NCBI GenBank assembly: GCA_963674595.2
Contig: CAXXFV010000013.1
Location: 21,261-85,260 of the forward strand
Reading direction: 5' to 3'
From: a bacterium
Lineage (GTDB): Bacteria; Zhuqueibacterota; Zhuqueibacteria; Residuimicrobiales; Krinioviventaceae
Length of the DNA stretch: 64,000 nucleotides
This document shows positions 10,136-21,345 of the stretch, in pieces; position 1 is the stretch's first letter; the number at the start of each line of letters is the position of its first letter. The translations under genes were made by a program, and so were the position numbers. Under the pieces are notes generated by a model. It made no database searches, had not been told where the DNA came from, and saw nothing but the letters and a program-made list of their open reading frames with translations.

Positions 10136-11668
10136 TTAGTTACCGTGTTTCATTTTTCTATTAAACAAAAAAGCTGAAATCAAAATAAAAATACCCGCCC
10201 AAATCATCCAGTCGCCCAGGGTTTGATACAATGTCGTCCGGGTCCCGGGCGTCAGCTCAACATCAATACATGAAGGAAGAGTTGAAACATGGCGTTTTAT
10301 TATTTTACCATTTCCTTCTATCAGCCCGGCAATCCCCCGGTTGCTGTTTACAACCACGTTTTTACCTGTTTCCACGGCCCGCATTCGTGCATAGTAAAAA
10401 TGGTGTTTAACCAGGTGGGTACCTTCAAACCAGGCGTCGTTACTCATATTTACCAAAAAATCGGCTCCCATTTTTACCGCCTTATGGGACTGGTAAGGCA
10501 GCAAAGACTCGTTGCAAATCAGCACGCCGATTTTGCCGAAAGACGTATTTAGCAGCCGGATGTCTGACCCGGCCAAAACATTGTTGTGAACACCTTGCGA
10601 CAGAAAAGGCACTCTCAGCGATGGACTGAGCAAAGGTTTTTCTATAAACGAAAGCAGGTCCACCTTGTCATACCTTGATGTGACCCTGCCATCCGGTTCA
10701 ATATAATAAGCGGAATTATAAACCTTGCCGGGGTCCCCTTCAGCCTCACTCAAAGAACCAAGGATGTGTCCCGCTTTCGATTCATAGGTAATTTGCAAAA
10801 TCATATGTAAAAGATCGTCGTCCGTTCGAAAGGTCCAGGGCAGGGCCGTCTCCGACCACAGGATAATATCGGGATGTTTCTTTACAGCCTGGCGGTTGAG
10901 ATTAAAATAAATGGCTGCCAGCGAGTCACCGGTGGATGCCTGCCATTTTGTTTCGGCTTTCATATTTTCCTGAAGAATGGCTATTTTTACGGGCTTGCTT
11001 TTCTCATTTGACGGATTGGACGCAATAAACCCGAATCCATAAAAAAGCAAAACCAGTCCCGCCCCGATAACAGCAACGGAACACTGCTTTTTCACGATAG
11101 CATAAACAAAAAGATAATTGACCGCCATAATAACAGCCGATATCCCCCACTGTCCCGTAACCGCAGCCAGTTGAATGCCGTTAAGGTTTGATGCCTGTGT
11201 GAACCCGAGAGAGTATTTCAGCCAGGGCATTCCGGGCAGCAGATTCATACGCAGCCATTCGCACAGAATCCAGATGGCGCCCGCCAATATTATTTGAAGG
11301 ACCAGGGAAGATTTTATATGCTCTTTTTTACCAAAAAACCAGGTAAAAACAACGGCAAATAGCGCCGGAAAAAACGCGTAATAGAGCACCGCCGCCATCC
11401 AGATAGGCACGCCCAAAAGGGTCTGGCTGCCGCTGTAGCGTTGGGTGCTTGCTGTAATCCAGAACAATAGCACACTTGCTTCGGTAATCCCGAACAACCA
11501 CCCGTAAAAAAAGGCCTTTTTGGGAGGCTGTGAAAGCAATACGGACAAAAGCGGGACCAGGGCGATCCAGATCAGCCAAAACCACACATGATAAATGGAA
11601 ATGCTAACCATAATACCGGACAGGATGACCATGAAAATATTATGGTATTTTTGCGGAACAAAAGGCAT
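10136..11668 (-). CDS. lnt: Apolipoprotein N-acyltransferase family protein
   Basis: Multi-TM N-terminus and nitrilase-fold triad WSETA (E), YDKVDL (K), LICNES (C), plus SNDAWF and RAVETG. Start at 11668 by RBS (track 11689). Confidence 0.92.
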   Translation of the reverse strand: MPFVPQKYHNIFMVILSGIMVSISIYHVWFWLIWIALVPLLSVLLSQPPKKAFFYGWLFGITEASVLLFWITASTQRYSGSQTLLGVPIWMAAVLYYAFFPALFAVVFTWFFGKKEHIKSSLVLQIILAGAIWILCEWLRMNLLPGMPWLKYSLGFTQASNLNGIQLAAVTGQWGISAVIMAVNYLFVYAIVKKQCSVAVIGAGLVLLFYGFGFIASNPSNEKSKPVKIAILQENMKAETKWQASTGDSLAAIYFNLNRQAVKKHPDIILWSETALPWTFRTDDDLLHMILQITYESKAGHILGSLSEAEGDPGKVYNSAYYIEPDGRVTSRYDKVDLLSFIEKPLLSPSLRVPFLSQGVHNNVLAGSDIRLLNTSFGKIGVLICNESLLPYQSHKAVKMGADFLVNMSNDAWFEGTHLVKHHFYYARMRAVETGKNVVVNSNRGIAGLIEGNGKIIKRHVSTLPSCIDVELTPGTRTTLYQTLGDWMIWAGIFILISAFLFNRKMKHGN

Positions 11669-11857
11669 GAACGATCTCCCTCGCAGCATTTTGTTTGGAA
11701 TTTAATAACACTGGTCAAGTCACAGTATGGACCCTTGATCCGTCATTTAATTGATATAAAAGTATATGGCGTTTGCAGAAATATCTTATTACCAGGTGCT
11801 GAACATAAACACAATATTCCACTTGAAACAATCAGGAATATGATGACAGCCAAACGT

Positions 11858-11976
11858 AATCACTTCCTTGTGTATGCTTTTGAAACCCGTACTTGTAAAA
11901 GGTGGTAAATCAGTCAGGGACCTCAAAAAATTAATGCTCGACCAGGTTGTATAAAAAACAGTCCCTTAAAACTGAC
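11858..11976 (-). ncRNA. Candidate structured leader RNA (motif G), copy 1, upstream of lnt
   Basis: GTCAGT...AGGGAC...TGGTCGAGCA...GTCCCT.ACTGATTTACC...AAGGAAGTGATT, directly after promoter TTGCAG-N17-TATTAT (12010-11982). Confidence 0.55.
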
Positions 11977-12171
11977 AGACAATAATACAAACTTTCTTAA
12001 ACTGCTGCAAGCTGTTTTTAAAAAATTTTTAGCCGGCAGTTGTAAATATTGCGCTTAGTGTGGGTGTTGGGTAATTTCCAGGTCAGCAAAATGTCCGGGC
12101 GATCAATTGATATATGCAGGGGTTAAAAATTTAAAATCCCCATGGTTTACTTTATTCAGAACACAGGCATC

Positions 12172-12199
12172 GTAGAGACGCACGGCCGTGCGTCTCTAC
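12172..12199. repeat. Repeat module N: GTAGAGACGCACGGCCGTGCGTCTCTAC palindrome
   Basis: Perfect 28-bp palindrome; degenerate copy at about 41971-41997. Both follow module M2 (GTAGGGGTTAAAAATTTTTAACCCCTAC type, best copy 18302-18329, also about 12116, 39414, 41915). Confidence 0.8.
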
Positions 12200-12368
12200 A
12201 ACTTTGCTTAAGGTCCGGGCCTTGATCGGAACCGAAACACAAATCAAAACACGTCATTCCTGCGAAACAGGAATCCAGAAATTTTACGGAACGTCTTTGT
12301 GACCTCTGCAGCTCTAAAACTAATTTTTTGCTCGCAATTGGAACACTCTAGGCGGGTAAAAAGTCAGT

Positions 12369-13625
12369 TTACTTAAGCAGGATCATTTTTTTAATCACAC
12401 TCGTACCGCCACCGTCCAGACGATAGAAATATGTTCCTGAAGATAAATTCCGAGCATCAAACAACACCTGATGTGTACCGGCCTGACAGTGACCGTCCAA
12501 CAATACCGCAACCTTTTGTCCACTCATGTTGTAAACCTGGAGGCTGTAATGATCGTTTTTTGCCGCCTGGAAGGTGATTTTTGTGGCCGGATTAAATGGA
12601 TTTGGATAATTTTGTTGTAAAACAAAATCCGTAAAAAGTTCACTATCGATTTGTTCAATTCCTGCCGTGCTTCCTGAATAAGTATACGCGGATAGTAATC
12701 CACCACCATTAGTGGTAAAAATAGTACCGCTAGATGAAACAGCAACGCTTATGGGATAACCATCCTCAATGTTTGCAGTATTGGTAAAACCGGAACCATC
12801 AAAAGTATAAGCACGCAGGCCATTATTACTATTAGCAAGAAAAATTGTACCATCTGATGAAATTGCGGCATCAATTGTACGGCCAATATCAGTCTGAGTG
12901 ATTTGAGTAAAAGAAACACCATCATACGTGTACGCACACAAACCTCCGGCGTCACCATTTGAAAGAAATACAGTACCATCTGATGAAACTATCACACTAT
13001 GGGCGTCACTTTCTCCGTCACCAATATTTGCTGTTTTAGAAAACGTAGAACCATCAAATGAGAATGCAATTAAACCATTCGATTCTATAGCAATAAAAAC
13101 TGTATTGTCAGAAGAAACAGTTAATCCAGTAGCATAAATATCATAATTTAATATTTCAGTTATTTTATTAAAAGAGGAGCCATTATAACTAAATGCATAT
13201 AATCTTGAAGACTCACCGGCAGTAAATACTGTGCCGTCAGCCGATACAGCTATATCTTTGGCATGAAAACCTTGCGCGGATGCTGTGTTGGTAAAAGAAT
13301 TTCCATTATATGTAAAGGCATGAATGCCCCCATCACCGCTTGCAGTAAAAACCGAACCGTCAAAAGAAACAGTGACTGCCAAAATTTCTATTCCATCCAA
13401 ATTAATATGGGCGGTATTGGTAAAGGTCGTTCCATCAAACGTATAGGCACGCAGACCATCATAACCGTTAGCAATAAAAACAGTACCGTCCGAAGAAACA
13501 GCTACATCATATGCCTGACCATCGACATTGATAGCAGCGGTATTGGTAAAGGTGTGAGGTAGCTGACAATAAACCAGGTTGTACCCCAAAAAAACAAACA
13601 ATAATAGTAAAGCGCTTTTTTTCAT
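12369..13625 (-). CDS. Secreted beta-propeller-like repeat protein with C-terminal sorting domain
   Basis: Seven ~42-aa repeats (V.VSSDGTVF.A....GL.AY.FDG..FT.TA.I) and QNYPNPFNPAT C-terminal domain. Confidence 0.85.
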   Translation of the reverse strand: MKKSALLLLFVFLGYNLVYCQLPHTFTNTAAINVDGQAYDVAVSSDGTVFIANGYDGLRAYTFDGTTFTNTAHINLDGIEILAVTVSFDGSVFTASGDGGIHAFTYNGNSFTNTASAQGFHAKDIAVSADGTVFTAGESSRLYAFSYNGSSFNKITEILNYDIYATGLTVSSDNTVFIAIESNGLIAFSFDGSTFSKTANIGDGESDAHSVIVSSDGTVFLSNGDAGGLCAYTYDGVSFTQITQTDIGRTIDAAISSDGTIFLANSNNGLRAYTFDGSGFTNTANIEDGYPISVAVSSSGTIFTTNGGGLLSAYTYSGSTAGIEQIDSELFTDFVLQQNYPNPFNPATKITFQAAKNDHYSLQVYNMSGQKVAVLLDGHCQAGTHQVLFDARNLSSGTYFYRLDGGGTSVIKKMILLK

Positions 13626-13724
13626 TTTACCTCCTTTTTAAATTGAAAAGATTTATCAGGATTATTTTAATTTATATATAATTTGCCGTTGCCATTATAT
13701 CCTGGTCATATAACAAAATCGGGT

Positions 13725-13844
13725 AATCTCTTCCTTACAAGTATTTTAAATCCCGATATTTTAAAAAAAGTGGTAAATCAGTCAAGGTTGTCAGGAGGCC
13801 CCGTGCGTGACCAAATTGTCCTGAAAATCGTCCTTTTGTCTGAT
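13725..13844 (-). ncRNA. Candidate structured leader RNA (motif G), copy 2
   Basis: ATCAG..AAGG..TCAGGA..TTTGGTCACGCACGGG..TCCTGA..CCTT..CTGATTTACC...AAGGAAGAGATT after promoter TTGCCT-N17-TATAAT (13879-13851). Confidence 0.6.
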
Positions 13845-13934
13845 AAAATAATTATACAAATTAAATAAAATCAAGGCAAGATATTTTTGAAAAATTTTGA
13901 AAATAATATTTACCCATCCTCAAATTCTTTATCT

Positions 13935-14010
13935 TCTCACAATGTTCACAAAGCTCACAAAGGATGATTTAAATTGTTATTTCTTTGTGTACCTTGTGTA
14001 CTTTGTGAGG
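13935..14010 (+). repeat. Repeat module C: CTCACAATGTTCACAAAGCTCACAAAG...CTTTGTG..CTTGTG..CTTTGTGAG foldback
   Basis: Copies at 13935, 26596, 37320, 42092, 44422, 48994, 54476, 57012, 58192, 60275, 62780, 63927, all in the same orientation. Built of ~9-nt CACAAAG units and their complements. Confidence 0.92.
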
Positions 14011-14611
14011 GTTTATATTAACCAGGACATTTGGCCCTGTTGAAAATGTAAAGTTACCTTTTTTGAATATTGTCGTTTAATCTCGATTTTGTAAAAAATT
14101 CAGGACAGACTAATTCTCCGCTCGCAGGGGACATACATTCCCCTGCGGAACCAATGAAACCGGGATTTTATCCCAAATGGAAACAAATTCTCCTGCTTGA
14201 AACCCGGGCCTTGAGCGGAGTCGAAAGGCCGCTCAGGGTAGCACCCGATTGAAACCCGTCTACACGTCATCCCGGGCGGTGTCGAGGGAACACTCAGCAG
14301 CTCTCCCCCACTCTGCATTTGCCTTTTGTTTAAAAATTACGTATCTTTTATTCAGATACTCGCCCCCTATTCATTCATGTTCATACCAGGTGTACACGTT
14401 CAATGCACCCGGTTGATATATGGATAAAAGTGTACAATAATTTAAATTTTTATTATTCCAGATCAAACAAAATGTTGATTGTCCCTCGCCAGGCGATCGT
14501 TTCATTGGTTAACGAATGTAAAAATAAGGATAAACATAATTTGCCGGTACTCATAACGACAAGAATTATCCTGATATCATTATCATGTTCGCTTATTCGA
14601 TGGAGGTGTTA

Positions 14612-15607
14612 ATGAAAACGATAATCCTCAGGTTGTGCATCATCATAATAATGGCGAATGTAATAGTATTTGCAGATACCGGTTCAGGAGCATCTGATTC
14701 CGGCTTTTTAACGTCCTTGCCGCCGGCACCGCCGAATTTGAAACAGCCTTTTAACAGTCAGCAATCGGTCCAGGCTCCTGTAAACTTTTTATGGGACCGC
14801 CTTTTACATGCTGCCTCCTACAATATTCAGGTTTCACTCTCTGACAGCCTTGATGATCCTATTGTAAACCAGGACGCCCTTTCCGATACGTTTTATACTC
14901 TCACTGATCTTGATCGTAATTCAAAATATTACTGGCACGTGTGCGCCGTAAATGTGGCCGGTACAGGAAATTTTTCACCAACCTGGGATTTTACGACCAT
15001 CGGAGATGAACCCGGTATACCGGAATTATCCTCACCGGAAAACGCGGCACAGGGGATTTCAATCAGTACCGATTTAATATGGAACTCTGTGCCTGGCGCC
15101 GAAACCTATACGTTGCAGGTTTCCACACTTCCCGATTTTTCTTCTCTTACCATTGAAAAAACTGAAACCAATGATACCCTGTGCACGGCTGAAAATCTTG
15201 TCATCAATACGCTTTATTTTTGGCGTGTTAATGCAAAAAATTCGGTTGGAACAAGCGCCTGGTCATCCGTTTGGATGTTTACTACAGGCGCAACATCGGT
15301 TGACAATTCAAAAACCGGTCAGCTCCCGGAGAATTTTGCACTGTTACCGATCTATCCCAATCCTTTTAATGGCAGGACCTCGATAACGTTTGAGCTTCCC
15401 CGGGCTGCCAATGTATCCATCATCATTTATAACAGCATCGGTCAGGTTTTTTACAAGGCGGCAGCAGGATATTATCCGGCAGGGCGCCATACAATCCACT
15501 GGAACGGATACAGCAGTTCCGGAGAGAGTGCCACCAGCGGCCAATATATATGCCGTTTTCAGGCACAAAATCACATCATGATACAGAAAATGCTGCTAGT
15601 TCGATAA
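14612..15607 (+). CDS. Secreted protein with two Fn3-like domains and C-terminal sorting domain
   Basis: GGAGG RBS before ATG 14612; two repeats ending YYW.V.A.N..GT...S..W.FTT; IYPNPFNG C-terminal domain. Confidence 0.85.
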   Translation: MKTIILRLCIIIIMANVIVFADTGSGASDSGFLTSLPPAPPNLKQPFNSQQSVQAPVNFLWDRLLHAASYNIQVSLSDSLDDPIVNQDALSDTFYTLTDLDRNSKYYWHVCAVNVAGTGNFSPTWDFTTIGDEPGIPELSSPENAAQGISISTDLIWNSVPGAETYTLQVSTLPDFSSLTIEKTETNDTLCTAENLVINTLYFWRVNAKNSVGTSAWSSVWMFTTGATSVDNSKTGQLPENFALLPIYPNPFNGRTSITFELPRAANVSIIIYNSIGQVFYKAAAGYYPAGRHTIHWNGYSSSGESATSGQYICRFQAQNHIMIQKMLLVR

Positions 15608-15661
15608 ATGAAATAAAAATGCTGCATTAACATCAAAACAATCAATTCAAAAAAGGCAGAT

Positions 15662-17764
15662 ATGAAAACATTCATAAAATGCTTCTTTGTTTTAATAACC
15701 TGGGGGACATTGTTTTCTCAAACAAATAATGTACCTGTGATTGAAAATGTACGATTCATACAGCACACTGACGGAACATTGCTGGTGGACATATATTACG
15801 ATGTTTTGGACGCTGATGGGAACACGCTTGAAATTAAAGTTGAGGCTTCTAACGATAACGGCGCCAGTTGGACATTGCCGTGCAGCACATTAAGCGGTGA
15901 TGTTGGCTCCGGCATAAGTTCCGGCCAGAATAAACATGTGTTGTGGGATTTTTACGCAGACAATCCTCTTATCAGCGGCTATAGTTTTCGTATTCGCATC
16001 ACGGCAGATGACAATAAACATACGCTCTTTACCAGCATCAGTCCTGCCGGTTCAGGCAGCATAAGCCGCAATCCCGATCAATATGTCTTTGATCACAACG
16101 AAACCGTCACCTTAACGGCAACGGCAAATGCCGGATATCTGTTTGATTACTGGGTAGGAGATGTGGCCGACAGCACCAATCCGAAAACATTAATCATGGA
16201 CAGCACGAAAAGTGTCACCGCTCATTTTACACAATCCGGCGCCCATGTCATAGTTACCTCTCCCAACGGCGGTGAAAATTATGACACCAATGACACCATG
16301 CCGGTGCGGTGGGATTATTCGCCGGATTCGGGCGACAGTGTATGGATTGATTTATATAAAGGCGGACAGTTTTACAAACGCCTCAATGACGGGCAGGATG
16401 TCGGCAATGACGGTGATCACGACGAGCATATAGCCGATGACATTGAATCAGGGTTCGATTACCGCGTACGCATCACCAGTACAGCCGATTCAAGCATCAA
16501 CGATGAAAGTGATGATAATTTCACCATCACTCAGCCAACTCCCGCCTATATAACCGTCACCTCTCCCAACGGCGGGGAAACCTTTAATATCGATGACACC
16601 ATGCCGGTGCGATGGAATTATTCGCCGGATTCGGGCACAAGAGTGTGGATTGATTTATATAAAGGCAGTCAGTTTTACAAACGATTTAAAGGCGGGCAGG
16701 ATGTCGCTAATGACGGCAATCACGACGAAATTATAACCGATGATATTCAATCAGGGTCCGATTTCCGTGTACGCGTCACCAGTACATCCAATTCAAGCAT
16801 CAACGATGAAAGTGATAATAATTTCATCATCACCCAGACCGCTGCCGCCTATATAACCGTTGCCTCGCCCAACGGCGGGGAAACCTTTAAAGTCGGTGAC
16901 ACTATGCCGATACGATGGAATCATTCGCCGGATTCAGGCGACAGAGTATGGATTGATTTATATAAAGACGGACAGTTTTATAAACGCCTCAAAAACGGTC
17001 AGGATGTCGATAATGACGGCAGCCACGACGAAATTCTGACCAGTGAATTTCAACTGGATGAAAATTATCGTGTCCGTATTACGAGCACCTCGAATTACAG
17101 CATCCGGGATGAGAGCAACCAGGATTTTACAATTGCACAGGGACCGCCATACGAAATCGGCTCAGTCACCGACATCGATGGCAATATCTATAAAACCGTA
17201 AAAATCGGCACCCAATGGTGGATGATGGAGAACCTGAAAGCAGAGCACTATCGTAATGGCGAATCCATACCTAACATTACGAACGCTGGTGAATGGAAAA
17301 GCCTGAATAACGGCGCCTGGTGTGTTTATGATAATGATGAGACCTATGCAGACACCTATGGCTATTTATACAATTGGTATGCGGCGATAGATATCCGTAA
17401 CCTTGCGCCGACGGGCTGGCATGTGCCGACAGATGACGAATGGCAAATTTTGACAGATTACCTGGGCGGCAGTGCCACCGCAGGCGGGATGATTAAGATG
17501 ACCGGTACTGTTGGAGACGGCACCGGACTGTGGCTTTCGCCAAACCTTGGAGCAACAAATGAAAGCGGCTTTTCCGCGTTGCCTGGCGGGCATCGTACCA
17601 GCAATGGAGACTTTAACAATATAAAAAGTTATGCGATCTTTTGGACCTCTACTGAATACACTAACTATGCGTGGCGGCGGGTCCTGTATTATAATGATGC
17701 CACTATCAGCCGTACCTACATTTATAAGGGAATGGGATTTTCAGTTCGCTGCGTCAAGGATTAG
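15662..17764 (+). CDS. Secreted modular protein: InlB B-repeat-like, three Ig-like repeats and C-terminal Fibrobacter succinogenes major paralogous (FISUMP) domain
   Basis: VTDIDGNIYKTVKIGTQWWMMENL...YGYLYNWYA...GWHVPTDDEW...GFSVRCVKD; three VTSPNGGE repeats. Confidence 0.88.
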   Translation: MKTFIKCFFVLITWGTLFSQTNNVPVIENVRFIQHTDGTLLVDIYYDVLDADGNTLEIKVEASNDNGASWTLPCSTLSGDVGSGISSGQNKHVLWDFYADNPLISGYSFRIRITADDNKHTLFTSISPAGSGSISRNPDQYVFDHNETVTLTATANAGYLFDYWVGDVADSTNPKTLIMDSTKSVTAHFTQSGAHVIVTSPNGGENYDTNDTMPVRWDYSPDSGDSVWIDLYKGGQFYKRLNDGQDVGNDGDHDEHIADDIESGFDYRVRITSTADSSINDESDDNFTITQPTPAYITVTSPNGGETFNIDDTMPVRWNYSPDSGTRVWIDLYKGSQFYKRFKGGQDVANDGNHDEIITDDIQSGSDFRVRVTSTSNSSINDESDNNFIITQTAAAYITVASPNGGETFKVGDTMPIRWNHSPDSGDRVWIDLYKDGQFYKRLKNGQDVDNDGSHDEILTSEFQLDENYRVRITSTSNYSIRDESNQDFTIAQGPPYEIGSVTDIDGNIYKTVKIGTQWWMMENLKAEHYRNGESIPNITNAGEWKSLNNGAWCVYDNDETYADTYGYLYNWYAAIDIRNLAPTGWHVPTDDEWQILTDYLGGSATAGGMIKMTGTVGDGTGLWLSPNLGATNESGFSALPGGHRTSNGDFNNIKSYAIFWTSTEYTNYAWRRVLYYNDATISRTYIYKGMGFSVRCVKD
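16247..17140 (+). repeat. Intragenic tandem repeat, 3 x 303 bp
   Basis: V(T/A)SPNGGE codons start at 16253, 16556 and 16859. Confidence 0.9.
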
Positions 17765-17842
17765 GCTTTAAATCAAGCTGACACCCTTTGACAATAACAT
17801 ATGACGCTGTTGGTGGGGCAATTCATGAATTATCCTTACGTC

Positions 17843-17955
17843 ATCCCGAGCGGAGTCGAGGGATGTTCAGCGACATCTCGCCCCATGATCCCGAGTGTTA
17901 ACGAGGGATGTTCAGCGACATCTCGCCCCATGATCCCGAGTGTTAACGAGGGATG
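17843..17955 (+). repeat. 45-bp tandem repeat (about 2.5 copies) derived from module A
   Basis: ATCCCGAG...GAGGGATGTTCAGCGACATCTCGCCCCATG units start at 17843, 17888 and 17933. Confidence 0.9.
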
Positions 17956-18477
17956 CCTGCTCACAGAGGATTTGCAATCCCCTGCGCAACCAATGAAACC
18001 GGGATTTTATCCCCAATGCCAAAAATTCAATTTCTGCGAAAACCCGCCATCGTACATCTAAAACAAAAAAACCAAATGTCATGCTGGAAGCATCTTCCCG
18101 ACTTTTAATCTACTCTTAATTCCGGCAAGATTCTTCCGGAATGACAGAGTGAAAAATTCGTTAAACAAACCAGGGCATCTGCCCTGATCCATTCTCAAAA
18201 AACGGGACCATATTAATATTTACATTACAAAACCTCAAGTTAATTTGCGCCCTGGGAAATTTCAAGAATCAGCAGAATCATTGGACGATCAATTAATATG
18301 TGTAGGGGTTAAAAATTTTTAACCCCTACATGGTTTGACCGTCTTAAAATTTCACTTTGGTAAGTTCAATAAATTTGACATACCCCTTGTTCACCCTCTG
18401 AAAACGTTCCCGAATCAGACCCGGTCCGTGAGCGGAGCCGAAAGGCCGCTCCAGGTGACACCACACAACATCGCCCC

Positions 18478-20862
18478 CTACTGACCGGTGCCGCTCCATT
18501 TCCAGTTACGGATTTCCGGCATGTCTTCTCCGTGTATCCGGATATACTTTTTATGGTCCAGCAGCTTATCGCGGAGAAACTGTTTGGCATAGGCCGCACG
18601 TGAACTCAACTTGGGCACGCGGTCAATAACATCACCCACCAGATGGAACCGGTCAAGATCGTTCAGCACCATCATATCAAAAGGCGTGGTTGTGGTTCCT
18701 TCTTCTTTATATCCACGCACATGAAGGTTTTTGTGATTGGTCCGGCGATAGGTGAGCCGATGAATGAGCAGAGGATATCCGTGAAAAGCGAAAATAATGG
18801 GTTTGTCTTTGGTAAAAAGCACATCAAAATCCTTGTCGCTCAATCCGTGCGGATGTTCACTCTGCGGCTGCAGCGTCATTAAATCTACCACATTGACAAA
18901 ACGAACCTTCAGGTCCGGAAAGTGCTGCCACAAAATATCAACCGCAGCCAATGTTTCCATGGTCGGGCCATCACCGGCACAGGCCATCACCACATCAGGT
19001 TCTCCGCCCTTGTCATTGCTGGCCCATTCCCAGATGCCCAACCCTGCCGTGCAGTGTTTAACGGCAGAATCCATGTCCAGCCATTGCAGTGACGGCTGTT
19101 TTCCTGCGATGATGACATTGACATAATCACGGCTCCGTAAACAATGGTCGGTCACCGAAAGCAGAGTATTGGTATCCGGCGGCAAATACACACGAATGAT
19201 TTCCGCTTTTTTATTCACAACATGGTCGATAAAACCAGGGTCCTGATGGCTGAACCCATTGTGGTCCTGCCGCCATACAAGTGACGAGAGCAGATAGTTC
19301 ATGGAAGCAATCGACCGCCGCCACGGGATGTTCTTGGTCACTTTGAGCCATTTTGCGTGCTGGTTAAACATCGAATCAATAATATGAATGAACGCCTCGT
19401 AGCAAGAGAAAAAGCCGTGTCGGCCTGTTAAAAGATAACCTTCAAGCCAGCCTTCACACTGATGCTCGCTTAACATTTCCATCACCCGGCCCTCGGGCGA
19501 AACGTTTTCGTCACCGGGAACGATCTCTGCGGTAGAACAGCGGTCCGTCACCTCAAACACGGCCTTCCAGCGGTTTGACGCTGTTTCATCCGGACTAAAG
19601 ACACGAAAGTTAGTAGGGTTATATTTTATCACATCGCGGATAAACTCGCCCTGAACACGTGTGGCTTCTCCATACACCGTGCCGGGATTCGGCAATTGAA
19701 TGGCATAATTACGGAAATCCGGTAAACGAAGATCATGCAGTAAAAGCCCGCCATTGGCATGCGGATTGGCGCTCATGCGGCGTTCCCCTTTCGGGGCCAG
19801 CTCTGCAAATTCAGCATGCAATTTACCGTTTTCATCAAACAACTCTTGCGGCTGATAGCTCCGCATCCATTTTTCCAAAAGCTTTACATGCCCCTCATGG
19901 CTCATATCGCCCATGGGCACTTGATGCGAACGGAACGTACCTTCGGTTGGTTTGCCGTCCACTTCCTTGGGACCGGTCCATCCCTTTGGCGACCGCAGGA
20001 TAATCATCGGCCATTTGGGACGCGTTGTAAATCCATTCTTACGGGCATCCTTTTGAATTTTGCGGATATCAGTTATCACAGTATCAAGGGTGGCAGCAAA
20101 AAGTTGATGCATCTCTGCCGGATCATCTCCCTCCACAAAATAGGGCGAGTAACCATAACCGGAAAAGAGCGCTTTCAGTTCGTCATGCGGAATGCGGGCC
20201 AAAACAGTAGGACCGGCAATTTTATAGCCGTTTAAATGCAGGATAGGCAGCACAGCGCCGTCATGGACCGGATTGAGAAATTTGTTCGAATGCCAGCTTG
20301 TAGCAAGCGGACCTGTCTCGGCTTCGCCGTCACCAACTATACACGCAACCAGCAAATCGGGATTATCAAATGCAGCCCCATAAGCGTGAGACAACGAATA
20401 CCCCAGTTCACCGCCTTCGTGAATGGAGCCCGGTGTTTCGGGCGCCACATGGCTTGGAATACCCCCCGGAAAAGAGAATTGTTTGAACAACTGCTTCATC
20501 CCGTCCTGGTCTTGCGAAATGTTGGGATAAACCTCGCTATAGGTTCCTTCAAGATAAGCGTTTGCCACCAATCCCGGACCTCCGTGACCCGGTCCGGTGA
20601 TATAGATCATGTTCAGATCAAATTCCTTGATCAACCGGTTAAGGTGAACATAGATAAAATTCAGGCCCGGTGTAGTGCCCCAGTGACCAAGAAGCCTCGG
20701 CTTGATGTCCTCCAGCTTGAGCGGTCTTTTTAAAAGTGGATTGTCATAAAGATAAATTTGGCCGACGGATAAATAATTCGCGGCACGCCAATAAGCATTC
20801 ATTTTCGAGACAAGCTCGGGAGATAAGGACTTGTCTACTCTATTTATATTATTTGCATTCAT
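18478..20862 (-). CDS. xfp: Xylulose-5-phosphate/fructose-6-phosphate phosphoketolase
   Basis: [45 protein letters not shown] motif, [13 protein letters not shown]. Start at 20862 by RBS (track 20898). Confidence 0.97.
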   Translation of the reverse strand: MNANNINRVDKSLSPELVSKMNAYWRAANYLSVGQIYLYDNPLLKRPLKLEDIKPRLLGHWGTTPGLNFIYVHLNRLIKEFDLNMIYITGPGHGGPGLVANAYLEGTYSEVYPNISQDQDGMKQLFKQFSFPGGIPSHVAPETPGSIHEGGELGYSLSHAYGAAFDNPDLLVACIVGDGEAETGPLATSWHSNKFLNPVHDGAVLPILHLNGYKIAGPTVLARIPHDELKALFSGYGYSPYFVEGDDPAEMHQLFAATLDTVITDIRKIQKDARKNGFTTRPKWPMIILRSPKGWTGPKEVDGKPTEGTFRSHQVPMGDMSHEGHVKLLEKWMRSYQPQELFDENGKLHAEFAELAPKGERRMSANPHANGGLLLHDLRLPDFRNYAIQLPNPGTVYGEATRVQGEFIRDVIKYNPTNFRVFSPDETASNRWKAVFEVTDRCSTAEIVPGDENVSPEGRVMEMLSEHQCEGWLEGYLLTGRHGFFSCYEAFIHIIDSMFNQHAKWLKVTKNIPWRRSIASMNYLLSSLVWRQDHNGFSHQDPGFIDHVVNKKAEIIRVYLPPDTNTLLSVTDHCLRSRDYVNVIIAGKQPSLQWLDMDSAVKHCTAGLGIWEWASNDKGGEPDVVMACAGDGPTMETLAAVDILWQHFPDLKVRFVNVVDLMTLQPQSEHPHGLSDKDFDVLFTKDKPIIFAFHGYPLLIHRLTYRRTNHKNLHVRGYKEEGTTTTPFDMMVLNDLDRFHLVGDVIDRVPKLSSRAAYAKQFLRDKLLDHKKYIRIHGEDMPEIRNWKWSGTGQ

Positions 20863-21345
20863 AATGTTAGTCCCTTCTATAATTTTGATTGTTCCCATTG
20901 TCTGATAACAAAAGGTATTATCAAATTACAAAAGAAAACCTGCATTCCCAAGATAAAAAAGTGAATATGGAAAAAGTGTGCGTTTCTACCGCACTTTTTT
21001 CGCCCGTTCCGGTATTCATTTTACAGGGCGCTAAAAAGTTGTAAAAGCAATTCATGAATTGTCCTCTGGTCATCCCGGGCGGAGCCGAGGGATACCCATA
21101 AAAGCCAGGCCTTTTTTTCCATTCCTCGACCTCAAAGGCAGAATTTCGCCGAGGTTAAAAATTTCCCTCCGCGACCTCTGCGGCTCTGCGTTAAAACAAA
21201 CAAGCTCGCCCCGGAATTCCTTTTCCAGGGCGTTAAATAAAACAGGGCATTTTGCCCTGATTATTTCTAAAACATCGGAATAAACACCCCGCCTTATTTG
21301 CGCCTTGTGAAACATTCCCAAAGGAAGCAAAAAAAATATTTTTTT

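Noticed and set aside
13790-13815. c-di-GMP-I riboswitch, suggested by GGTCACGCAC and a nearby GGDEF gene
   Set aside because: Lacks the GGCAAAC, GAAA tetraloop and GACGCAAAGC core; the similarity is limited to a few nucleotides.
15662-17764. Diversity-generating retroelement target (FISUMP C-terminus)
   Set aside because: No reverse transcriptase and no template repeat differing at adenines was seen in the window.
17843-17955. CRISPR array
   Set aside because: Units are tandem with identical intervening sequence, so there are no unique spacers. No cas genes are present, and the other repeats are dispersed rather than regularly spaced.
20970-21000. Reverse-oriented copy of module E
   Set aside because: Only the degenerate core GTGCGTTTCTACCGCAC matches, inside an A/T-flanked stem that could be a terminator. 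Too weak to count, but a possible second exception to repeat polarity.
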